Positions 8,298 through 15,906 of a stretch of DNA of 32,000 nt are shown here, piece after piece (positions within the stretch are counted from its first letter, which is position 1; each line of letters opens with the position of its first letter). The stretch covers positions 870,001 to 902,000 of the forward strand of contig NC_018655.1 of the NCBI RefSeq assembly GCF_000299365.1. The letters are read 5' to 3'. Below the pieces are notes generated by a model that was not told the DNA's origin, did not search any database, and saw only the letters and a list, made by a program, of their open reading frames with translations. Source of the DNA: Candidatus Nitrosopumilus koreensis AR1. GTDB taxonomy: Archaea > Thermoproteota > Nitrososphaeria > Nitrososphaerales > Nitrosopumilaceae. The position numbers were made by a program, and so were the translations under genes.

Positions 8298-9448
8298 TTG
8301 TTATCACCATTTTTTCGGTATTGTTCAGAAATGAATTTCTCAACACTAGAAACAATTTGAGAGGCATTAGGCTCACAAATTAAATTTATTCCATAATGTT
8401 TTGCTATTTGTTCTACGCCATCATTAATTGCAGAAAACGTAATCAATAATGTGTTAGTAGGCTCAACATCTAGTTTAGGAACTAATATTGAATTCATATC
8501 AGTTTGATCAATGCCACGCGATTGATTTTTGATGAAAATAATGATAGATTCATCAGATGTTCTATGTTTACCATAAATTGGAATCTCATGGATATTGTTG
8601 CTTTTACCATGAACGGAATAATTTATAGAAGAATCAAAATTAAATTTAGTTAATAATTTTTGAATTTCATCTTTAATTTGACTTGTTTCAGAATTCATAG
8701 AGATTTCAGAATTTTTTAATCTATATCTAAAAGTAGAAATGAACTGACCAGAATTTGTGTCAAAATCATGTTCATATTTTCTGCAATGCAATTTTATTAC
8801 TGCATCATCAAACTTTTCAGAACAATCATTACATTGATACCACATAGCTGGTACCCGTATTTCTTTTTCAAAATTAGATATTGTTTTTTTACATGACGGA
8901 CATTGAGAGTTTTCATTGTCTGTGAAATCAAAATTAGTGCTTTCTGTAATATAACCACATTTTTTATGCTCAAACAAATTTAATTTTTCAACATCCATAG
9001 AATGGCATTTTGGACAATAAAGTCTAACACTGGATGAAAATGTATCAGAGTGAATTGGACAAACAATTAATTTTTCATAGATTTCTTTTTCCAAGATTCC
9101 ATCAGAAACCAACCCATCAAGATATGACAAATTATCTTGTTTTTCTCCAACCTCGGACAAAATTGGATAGAGTAGGTGTCCTTCATTATAATCAACAAAG
9201 GGAATTATTGACATATCTTTGAGTTTTTGAACTTTCTGAATCAGTCTAGAAGATTTGTTTGTAGAGGGTTTTTCCAGATCCGGTTGAACAGTCAATTCTG
9301 GCTCCAAAACATGTTCTGGTACAGATTCAATTTGAGATTCGTCTGAATTTCCCTTGAAAATAGAGGAAATGCTCTGAAAACTGGAAAGTTTTGAATCAGA
9401 TTTTGTCTCTAACGCAGACTGACTAGAAGATTTCTTTCTAAATATCAT
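8294..9448 (-). CDS. Cytoplasmic multi-zinc-ribbon protein of unknown function, first gene of the pilin operon
   Basis: The 384-aa protein has no TM segment or signal. It has a Ser-rich, probably disordered N-terminal ~90 aa. It then has three Cys clusters (CPIHS..17..CPKCHS; CGY..18..CPSCKK; CNDCSE..12..CRKYEH) and a C-terminal alpha/beta-looking ~110 aa. I cannot name a family with confidence. Confidence 0.7.
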   Translation of the reverse strand: MIFRKKSSSQSALETKSDSKLSSFQSISSIFKGNSDESQIESVPEHVLEPELTVQPDLEKPSTNKSSRLIQKVQKLKDMSIIPFVDYNEGHLLYPILSEVGEKQDNLSYLDGLVSDGILEKEIYEKLIVCPIHSDTFSSSVRLYCPKCHSMDVEKLNLFEHKKCGYITESTNFDFTDNENSQCPSCKKTISNFEKEIRVPAMWYQCNDCSEKFDDAVIKLHCRKYEHDFDTNSGQFISTFRYRLKNSEISMNSETSQIKDEIQKLLTKFNFDSSINYSVHGKSNNIHEIPIYGKHRTSDESIIIFIKNQSRGIDQTDMNSILVPKLDVEPTNTLLITFSAINDGVEQIAKHYGINLICEPNASQIVSSVEKFISEQYRKNGDNK

Positions 9449-9583
9449 ATATCTGCCTCACTAGATACGAGCAACTCGCATTAACCATGGTAGTTATCAT
9501 AATCAAGCGAAGAGTAAAAGACAAATGTTGTTCATATGGACGAACAAGCGTTAAAACACATTACATGTACATAGAATTTCAAA

Positions 9584-11194
9584 TTGAGGCTAAATATTTT
9601 CAAAGATAGTTTATCAGGATTGCAAAAATTACAGATTAAAGGAAAAAATAGACTAAATGCACCTCTAAACACACAAAAAGAGATTCCCAATACAAGCGAA
9701 AATAAAAAAATTCCTCAGTATATGACACTATCAAAACTAGAATGGGATGGAAACGAAATTCATGCAGGAATTATCAAAGATCCAACAGCCAAAGGGGGAT
9801 TGAGATATCAGGTGATAGAACCGGTGTTAACAGAAAGGGATCAAAAAGCATTCGAAATCATAAAAAAATTACTAATAACAGAACTCACAGTATCCATGCA
9901 CGAAATTAAATCTAAAAAAGATGCCGAAAGAAGATTGAAAAAGAAGATTGCATCGATGATAAAAAAATACAAATTAAAAATCCCTCCAAAAAATATTGCA
10001 AAAATAAACTATTATGCAATTAGAGATTTTGTACATCTTGGAAAAATTGAGCCACTAATGAGAGACCACATGATTGAGGAAATCAGTTGTGATGGAACAA
10101 ATATTCCAATCTATATTTGGCACAGAGAACATGAGTCTATGCCAACAAACATTATTTTTGAGAAAGATTCAGAATTAAATAATTTCTCAAGAAAGATGGC
10201 ATACATTTGTGGAAAACATGTTTCTATGGCAGACCCAATCATCGATGCATCACTTCCAAATGGAAGCAGAATCAATCTAACCCTAGGTCATGAAATCACA
10301 AAAAGAGGGAGCACATTTACAATTAGACGATTCCGTGCAGATCCAATAACAATCATTGATTTGATTAAATTCGGAACAATTTCTGTAGATATTGCTGCAT
10401 ATATGTGGTATTTAGCCGAAAAACGTGCAACAATGCTTATTGCCGGAGGTACTGCAAGTGGAAAAACCACAGCTCTAAATGCTCTAGCGTCATTTATCAG
10501 ACCAGGTCAAAAGGTTGTAAGCATAGAAGACACGCAGGAATTAAACTTGCCACATGAAAATTGGATTCCAGCAGTATCTAGACAAAATTTTACAGATACT
10601 CAGATAGGAGAAATTAATCAATTTGATTTGTTACGAGCAGCTCTCAGACAAAGACCAGACATAATTATTGTCGGAGAAACAAGAGGTCGTGAAGCATACA
10701 CACTATTTCAAGCTATGGCAACAGGCCACGGAGGATTCTCATCAATACATGCAGATTCAGTAGATGCAACATTAACAAGACTTACATCATCACCAATGGA
10801 TGTTCCCAAGGCATTAATTTCAAATAGTTTAGATTTAATTACATTACAATTAAAAATCAGAGTAGGAGATAAATCAGTCAGGAGAATTATTCAGGTATCT
10901 GAAATTAATGGAATTGACGAAAACACTGGACAAATAAAAACACATGAAATTTTCAAATGGAATCCAAAAACAGATTCACATGATTACATTGGAGATAGTA
11001 TAATCTTCAAAAAAATTAGAGAAAGAGACGGAGATTCTGAAGAAAAAATCAATTATGAGTTAACAAAGAGAAGATCAGCGTTAGAATGGATGGTAAAAAA
11101 TAACATTCGGGATCATAAAGAAGTTACTGCAAACATTATGGACTATTATGCAAATCCTGAAAGATTCTACGAAAGAAAAAGATTGGAAGTATAA
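9584..11194 (+). CDS. Type IV pilus/archaellum-type secretion ATPase (FlaI/PilB/GspE superfamily)
   Basis: It has Walker A (AGGTASGKTT), an Asp box/Walker B region (RQRPDIIIVGETRG), a His box (TGHGGFSSIHA) and the N-terminal YQVIEP motif typical of archaeal FlaI-like ATPases. The track start at 9584 is TTG. The first ATG is at 9722 (M47), so the start is uncertain. Confidence 0.9.
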   Translation: MRLNIFKDSLSGLQKLQIKGKNRLNAPLNTQKEIPNTSENKKIPQYMTLSKLEWDGNEIHAGIIKDPTAKGGLRYQVIEPVLTERDQKAFEIIKKLLITELTVSMHEIKSKKDAERRLKKKIASMIKKYKLKIPPKNIAKINYYAIRDFVHLGKIEPLMRDHMIEEISCDGTNIPIYIWHREHESMPTNIIFEKDSELNNFSRKMAYICGKHVSMADPIIDASLPNGSRINLTLGHEITKRGSTFTIRRFRADPITIIDLIKFGTISVDIAAYMWYLAEKRATMLIAGGTASGKTTALNALASFIRPGQKVVSIEDTQELNLPHENWIPAVSRQNFTDTQIGEINQFDLLRAALRQRPDIIIVGETRGREAYTLFQAMATGHGGFSSIHADSVDATLTRLTSSPMDVPKALISNSLDLITLQLKIRVGDKSVRRIIQVSEINGIDENTGQIKTHEIFKWNPKTDSHDYIGDSIIFKKIRERDGDSEEKINYELTKRRSALEWMVKNNIRDHKEVTANIMDYYANPERFYERKRLEV

Positions 11195-12119
11195 TCATGG
11201 CACTGATAGGAGCAAAACAAAAAAAATACAAAAAGAAGAATCAGTAGGCAGAATTCATATTTTTAGTTACAAGTTACTAAACGATCATGTAAAATTTTTA
11301 CATCCAAAATTAAAAACACTTGAAAAATCCATCAAGCAGGCGATGATGCCAATTCCATTTGAAGTCTATGTGTCAAGCATGATTTTCTTTAGCATGATTG
11401 CAGGCATGTGTGGAATGATTATGGGGGTTGTAGCATTGCAATTTATCAATATTCAACCAGCAAGTATAGGATTTTTCTTGCCCGTACTTACAGGACTAAT
11501 GTTGTTTGGAATGACTTTTGGAGTACTGCAAACAATTCCAGCAATAAGAGTAAAAAACAGAGCAGCAAAACTAGTAGAAGAAATTCCTCATTTTATAGGA
11601 TACATGTCGACACTTGCAACTAGTGGCCTCACACTAGAAGGAATATTCAAAGCAATTGCAAAAGAAGAAACGAATGAAGACATTGTAAAGGACGCAAGAT
11701 TCATTGTAAGAAATATTGACATTTTGGGAATGGATTTGATCAGTGCCATTAAAGATTTGATTCACAGAACACCAACGGGACCCTATTCAGAATTACTTGA
11801 CGGGGCAATCATCACAGTACAATCAGGAGGAGATCTAAAAGAGTACTTTAACGCAACTGCAAAAGTTCAGTTAGAAGAAAAGAAGATGCTTATGCAAAAA
11901 ACTACAGAATCACTTGGAAGTGTTGCGGAAATTTATACAATATTACTAATTGTTTTCCCATTACTTGCAGTAATTATGTTATCCATTATGGGCATCATGA
12001 GTCCAAGTCTTGCAGGATTTGATTTGTTAACTTTGATGAATATTCTTACATTTGCAGTTATTCCGTTAAGCGGAGTACTAATGTTAGTAATGATGGACAC
12101 AATGGTACCAAAGAGGTAA
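11148..12119 (+). CDS. TadB/TadC-like (half FlaJ) pilus platform membrane protein, T2SS-F domain
   Basis: It has a single T2SSF-type domain (IPHFIGYMSTLATSGLTLEGIFKAIAKEE ... SELLDGAIITVQSGGDLKEYF) flanked by TM helices. The ATG at 11148 overlaps the ATPase gene by 47 nt. See the finding on the alternative start at 11197. Confidence 0.8.
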   Translation: MQILKDSTKEKDWKYNHGTDRSKTKKIQKEESVGRIHIFSYKLLNDHVKFLHPKLKTLEKSIKQAMMPIPFEVYVSSMIFFSMIAGMCGMIMGVVALQFINIQPASIGFFLPVLTGLMLFGMTFGVLQTIPAIRVKNRAAKLVEEIPHFIGYMSTLATSGLTLEGIFKAIAKEETNEDIVKDARFIVRNIDILGMDLISAIKDLIHRTPTGPYSELLDGAIITVQSGGDLKEYFNATAKVQLEEKKMLMQKTTESLGSVAEIYTILLIVFPLLAVIMLSIMGIMSPSLAGFDLLTLMNILTFAVIPLSGVLMLVMMDTMVPKR

Positions 12120-12123
12120 AAAT

Positions 12124-13032
12124 ATGGAAAGAGTTCAAAGAAAAAGAAACCAATCAACGGAGTTAGAACCAAAACAATCAATATTAAAAAATGATTTACT
12201 AAAAAGTGGCATATTTTCTGTTGTTGCATCAATTAGCGTCATAACAATGAGTTTTTACTTTTCAGAATTTTCAAATTCCACCACAATCAGGGATGTAGGA
12301 TTAATCTTTGGAATTTTAGTAGGAGTCATACCTTTAACAATACACCAGTTAAAAGAAGTTCAAAGAAGAGACAGCATAGATAGAAACCTACCAGTGTTTT
12401 TACTTGCATTGTTGAGTTCAGTTCAAAGTGGAGCAAATCTCATCAAGGCAATAGAACAAGCAGCGGACAGAAATCTAGGGTCATTAACTCCAGAGCTCAA
12501 GAACTTAAGAGCAAACATTAGTTGGGGAACCCCAATTGAAGAAGCATTTGAGAATTTTGCAGAAAGGACTGGAACAAGAGTTTCAAGAAGAGTTACAGTA
12601 TTGTTAGAAATGGCAATGAAAATCGGAGGAGACGTAACAGAGAATCTAGAGATGATTCAAAAACATGTGTCTGAAATGCAAAATATTGAGAAGAGTAGAA
12701 AGTCAGCTCTTCAACCTTACACGTACACAATATACATTTCATTTGCAGTGTTTTTGGCAGTTGCAGTTTTGCTAACCACAAGTTTCTTTACAGAGATAGA
12801 AAAAGTTCAGGAAGGGCTTTTGGCAGCTGGAAGTGGAAATGAAGGATTGTTTGGATCCCTGGCAAACATGGAAATTGAGAAATTAGAATCAGCATTGTTT
12901 AACATGGCAGTAATTGAAGCGGTCTTTGGTGGACTAGCGGCAGGAAAAATTGGTTCGGGATCATATGTTGCAGGAACAAAACATGTAGTAGCAATGATTG
13001 TGATCGCAGTTATAGCATTTAATGTGATGTAA
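12124..13032 (+). CDS. Second TadB/TadC-like (half FlaJ) pilus platform membrane protein, T2SS-F domain
   Basis: It has a T2SSF-type domain (LPVFLLALLSSVQSGANLIKAIEQAA ... LLEMAMKIGGDVTENLEMI) with N- and C-terminal TM helices. It starts 4 nt after the previous stop. Confidence 0.8.
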   Translation: MERVQRKRNQSTELEPKQSILKNDLLKSGIFSVVASISVITMSFYFSEFSNSTTIRDVGLIFGILVGVIPLTIHQLKEVQRRDSIDRNLPVFLLALLSSVQSGANLIKAIEQAADRNLGSLTPELKNLRANISWGTPIEEAFENFAERTGTRVSRRVTVLLEMAMKIGGDVTENLEMIQKHVSEMQNIEKSRKSALQPYTYTIYISFAVFLAVAVLLTTSFFTEIEKVQEGLLAAGSGNEGLFGSLANMEIEKLESALFNMAVIEAVFGGLAAGKIGSGSYVAGTKHVVAMIVIAVIAFNVM

Positions 13033-13039
13033 AATGAAA

Positions 13040-13067
13040 AATTGTTTGTTCATTTGAACAAACAATT
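13040..13067. repeat. Perfect 12-bp inverted repeat with a 4-nt loop (hairpin or palindromic binding site)
   Basis: AATTGTTTGTTC-ATTT-GAACAAACAATT, read directly from the sequence. It begins 8 nt after the stop of the second TadC-like gene. No T-run follows it. Confidence 0.6.
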
Positions 13068-13270
13068 ATGAAATCATATTCCAACATAACAAAAAGGCAT
13101 GTGTGTAATATCAATTACATGCAGAACCTTTTGTTCTAACATATCCATCAAGATTAGGGGTATATGGGAGAATATGAGAATTATATGTTATGAACAACAT
13201 AGAAATTGTACGAAAGTGCTAAATGCAATTAGGCAAAACAAACCCAAGATGACGAGGGGATGGAAATAGT

Positions 13271-14110
13271 ATGATGTCATACGAAGATCAAGTCAGCGGC
13301 ATTGCAGCTGAACTGGAAGAGGTTTTAGATTTAGACGATTTGGAGGCCAAAGTTTATCTGAATCTGTTAAGAGCAGGGCCAATTACGGCAAGTGCATTAG
13401 CTAAGGAATTAGACATAGACAGAGCAAGAATGTACAGAACGGTAGACAAGCTAGTTAGTAGAAATATTATTTCAACAACACTATCTAGTCCAAAATTATG
13501 TATTGCAGCAGACCCACATGAAGCATTAAAGATCACACTAGGTAAAAAAGAAGACGAGGTAAACAAAATCAAAAAATCAGGGGAGGCAATTATTGAAAAA
13601 ATTAATAATGAAATTACAACAAACCAAAGCAGTTCAGTTCCTACATTTAGGGTAGTACAAGGTCGTCAAAACATCTATGCAGACATTGCACAAATGGTAG
13701 AAGAGACAAAAGACGTTCTTTACATTGTAACAACATTGGACGATGTTTCAAGAATGTATCATAGTACAATTCCTGAAAAAATCACCATCTGTGAAAAAAA
13801 TGGTGGGAGTGTAAGATTACTAGTGGATATGAACGATGCTAAACTCACACCATTTGTAAAAAGATTCAACGCAACTGAGACCAGAATAGGAAACCTCCCT
13901 TCAAAAGGTAGACTCATAGTTCAAAAGGACAAGAAGATGATAATGTCAGATTCTGCATCATCATTTCAACATTCAAGTGCAGATTCTGATTTCTCACTTT
14001 GTACAAACTCAACTGAAATGGTGGACAATATTTTCACGTTATGTAAATTTTTGTGGGAAACATCCAATCCACTTAAAACAATTGATGTAAAGAATTTTGT
14101 TAAAAATTAA
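13271..14110 (+). CDS. TrmB-family transcriptional regulator
   Basis: The N-terminal winged-helix segment is LEAKVYLNLLRAGPITASALAKELDIDRARMYRTVDKLVSRNIIS. It is followed by a coiled linker and a C-terminal domain (FRVVQGRQNIYADIAQMVEETKDVLYIV) laid out as in TrmB-like proteins. Confidence 0.75.
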   Translation: MMSYEDQVSGIAAELEEVLDLDDLEAKVYLNLLRAGPITASALAKELDIDRARMYRTVDKLVSRNIISTTLSSPKLCIAADPHEALKITLGKKEDEVNKIKKSGEAIIEKINNEITTNQSSSVPTFRVVQGRQNIYADIAQMVEETKDVLYIVTTLDDVSRMYHSTIPEKITICEKNGGSVRLLVDMNDAKLTPFVKRFNATETRIGNLPSKGRLIVQKDKKMIMSDSASSFQHSSADSDFSLCTNSTEMVDNIFTLCKFLWETSNPLKTIDVKNFVKN

Positions 14111-14508
14111 ACTAACGATTCATCATTTACTTCGATAGGTTTTCGGCCCATAAATCCAGAGTCTTTTTCATGCCAAAATTTTATTTCAGTTTCACCATAT
14201 TTCCAACACAACCATACCTCATCATCAAATCTTTTGGAGGGAAAATCAAGTAATCCTTGCTCAATACTTTTGACAACGACCCCCGTGTTTTCAAGAATTT
14301 CAACTGCCTCATAGAATTTTGTTATTGCAGAGTTCAGTTGTTGTTTCAGAGTAACATACTCTTCAAAAGAATTAGTCGTAGATAGACTCATTTGCAATTG
14401 TTGTTCTAGTTTTGTGACTTCATTCTTTTTTGCTAAAGCATATTCAAATTTTTTAATCACATCAGGAAGTGCTTCATTTGCTTCATTTGTAGTAAAAAAC
14501 GAGAACAT
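14107..14508 (-). CDS. DUF2203-family protein
   Basis: It shows the pattern FTTNEANEALP ... coiled segment ... GVVVKSIEQGLLDFPS...DEVWLCWKYGETEIKFWHEKDSGFMGRKPI. This matches my recollection of the DUF2203 consensus (EAN..LP; G..vKdle.GLvDFp; yLCW..GE..i.yWHe...GfaGRqP). Confidence 0.6.
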   Translation of the reverse strand: MFSFFTTNEANEALPDVIKKFEYALAKKNEVTKLEQQLQMSLSTTNSFEEYVTLKQQLNSAITKFYEAVEILENTGVVVKSIEQGLLDFPSKRFDDEVWLCWKYGETEIKFWHEKDSGFMGRKPIEVNDESLV

Positions 14509-14580
14509 GTATCATCTCAATATTGCTGGATTAAAAATCTTAGGCGCAAATTTATTAGTTAATCTCTATGAAGAAAAGAC

Positions 14581-14859
14581 ATGAGTGACAAACAGTTAGA
14601 GGAATTAATAGTTCAAACAATTAACGGAGCAGTGGCCACAATTCCAGCATATCTTGAGGAGATTAAAGAAAACAAACAAGTCCTAAAAGTAGAAGACCCA
14701 AAAGAATTTGTTTATGGAATTGTTATGGGAATGGCATTAGGAATGAGTGGAGCAATACTAAGTGCACAAAAAGAAATGCCGACACCAGAAGATCAAATCA
14801 AAGTCAGAGACATTGTCTACAAACACATACCAGACATAAGAGAACGGATTTTTAATTGA
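14581..14859 (+). CDS. Hypothetical protein
   Basis: The 92-aa ORF has one hydrophobic segment (FVYGIVMGMALGMSGAIL). Its stop overlaps the next gene's TTG start (TTGA). No family was recognised. Confidence 0.5.
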   Translation: MSDKQLEELIVQTINGAVATIPAYLEEIKENKQVLKVEDPKEFVYGIVMGMALGMSGAILSAQKEMPTPEDQIKVRDIVYKHIPDIRERIFN

Positions 14860-15260
14860 TTGAATTTACAAAAAAAGAAAGAGAGTTTCTCAATTTATTA
14901 GAAGAAGCAAGAATAGCGACATCGCACAATGACATTCCTCATGTAAAGCCAGTATCTTTCATATTAAATGAAAACACAATCATTATTGCAACAGACTATG
15001 AAACAAGAACATATTTGAATCTAAAAACAAATCCAAATGCAAGTGTTGTAATTGACATCTACAAATCAGGAGGACATAAAGCAGTGTTAATTCAAGGCAA
15101 AACAGAGATTATAGAAAAAGGTGAAGAATTCAAAAAATTATACAACAAATTTTTTGAAAAATTTGAATGGGTGAGACGTGATCCTTGGAAAGAGAATGAA
15201 GCACCATTTCTAAAAATAATTCCAAAAAACAAGATTAGTTGGGGCTTGGACGAAAAATAA
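14856..15260 (+). CDS. Pyridoxamine 5'-phosphate oxidase-like FMN/F420-binding split-barrel protein
   Basis: The 134-aa protein has the pattern ARIATSHNDIPHVKPVSFILNENTIIIATDYETRTYLNLKTNPNASVVID...KAVLIQGKTEII, typical of the PPOX class. The start is TTG. Confidence 0.55.
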   Translation: MIEFTKKEREFLNLLEEARIATSHNDIPHVKPVSFILNENTIIIATDYETRTYLNLKTNPNASVVIDIYKSGGHKAVLIQGKTEIIEKGEEFKKLYNKFFEKFEWVRRDPWKENEAPFLKIIPKNKISWGLDEK

Positions 15261-15313
15261 GAATTGTTAAGTTAACGAATTTTTCAGAATGGTTTTCATT
15301 AACAATTACAAGG

Positions 15314-15511
15314 TTATTTTTTGATACGATTTTTGGATTTCTTGGCTCTTGGTTTTGTTCGAAGTAAACGCCCACAACAAGGACACCATAAGCCCTCCCA
15401 GACAATGAACAATTCACATTCAGGGCATCTTTTTTGACCTAATTCGTACCTTCCGCCATCAAGACTTGTGCTTGTTGCCTTGTATTTTTTACAAGAGCCA
15501 TTACAATGCAT
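15314..15511 (-). CDS. Small zinc-binding protein with a basic tail (hypothetical)
   Basis: The 65-aa protein has the Cys pattern C-x3-C ... CPEC ... CPCCG, followed by RTKPRAKKSKNRIKK. I preferred it over the overlapping 15235-15417 ORF. Confidence 0.5.
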   Translation of the reverse strand: MHCNGSCKKYKATSTSLDGGRYELGQKRCPECELFIVWEGLWCPCCGRLLRTKPRAKKSKNRIKK

Positions 15512-15616
15512 AAATAATTATGAAGTATAGATATAGAAAAACAGTAGCTCTGTTTTCAAAAATGTAAGTTATGTGAAATCCCTAACAAATAAAGAGTACA
15601 AAAAAAGAAAAACAGC

Positions 15617-15895
15617 ATGTCAAACAAAATCAAATGTTCACACATTCTTGTTTCAAAACAAAGTGAAGCATTAGAAATTATGGAGAGATTAAAAAATGGT
15701 GAGAAATTTGGAAAGTTGGCAAAAGAATTATCCACTGATTCAAGTAGTGCCAAAAGAGATGGTAGTCTTGGGTATTTTACAAAGGGCATGATGGTAAAAC
15801 CATTTGAAGATACAGCATTCAAACTACAAATTGGAGAGATTTCTGAGCCAGTAAAATCAGAATTTGGATACCACATAATCAAAAGATTCGGATAA
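15617..15895 (+). CDS. pinA: Single-domain parvulin-type peptidyl-prolyl cis-trans isomerase
   Basis: The 92-aa sequence is KCSHILV...GEKFGKLAKELSTD.SSAKRDGSLGYFTKGMMVKPFEDTAFKL..GEISEPVKSEFGYHIIKR. This is the parvulin fold signature and closely resembles the thaumarchaeal PinA/NmPin type as I remember it. Confidence 0.9.
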   Translation: MSNKIKCSHILVSKQSEALEIMERLKNGEKFGKLAKELSTDSSSAKRDGSLGYFTKGMMVKPFEDTAFKLQIGEISEPVKSEFGYHIIKRFG

Positions 15896-15906
15896 ACACT
15901 ATAGAA

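Noticed and set aside
9449-9583. Divergent spacer between the pilin operon and the ATPase operon. I looked for shared palindromic operators or clear BRE/TATA pairs.
   Set aside because: It has only weak A/T-rich candidates (for example GTTAAAAC, AAATATTTT) and no convincing inverted repeat. The uncertain ATPase start (TTG at 9584 or ATG at 9722) prevents a confident promoter call.
13068-13139. A 23-codon ORF (MKSYSNITKRHVCNINYMQNLLF) in the long spacer after the pilus operon.
   Set aside because: It is too short and has no recognisable signal. The spacer is better described by its palindromes.
15556-15882. 108-aa minus-strand ORF.
   Set aside because: It is antisense to the well-supported parvulin gene and has no motifs.
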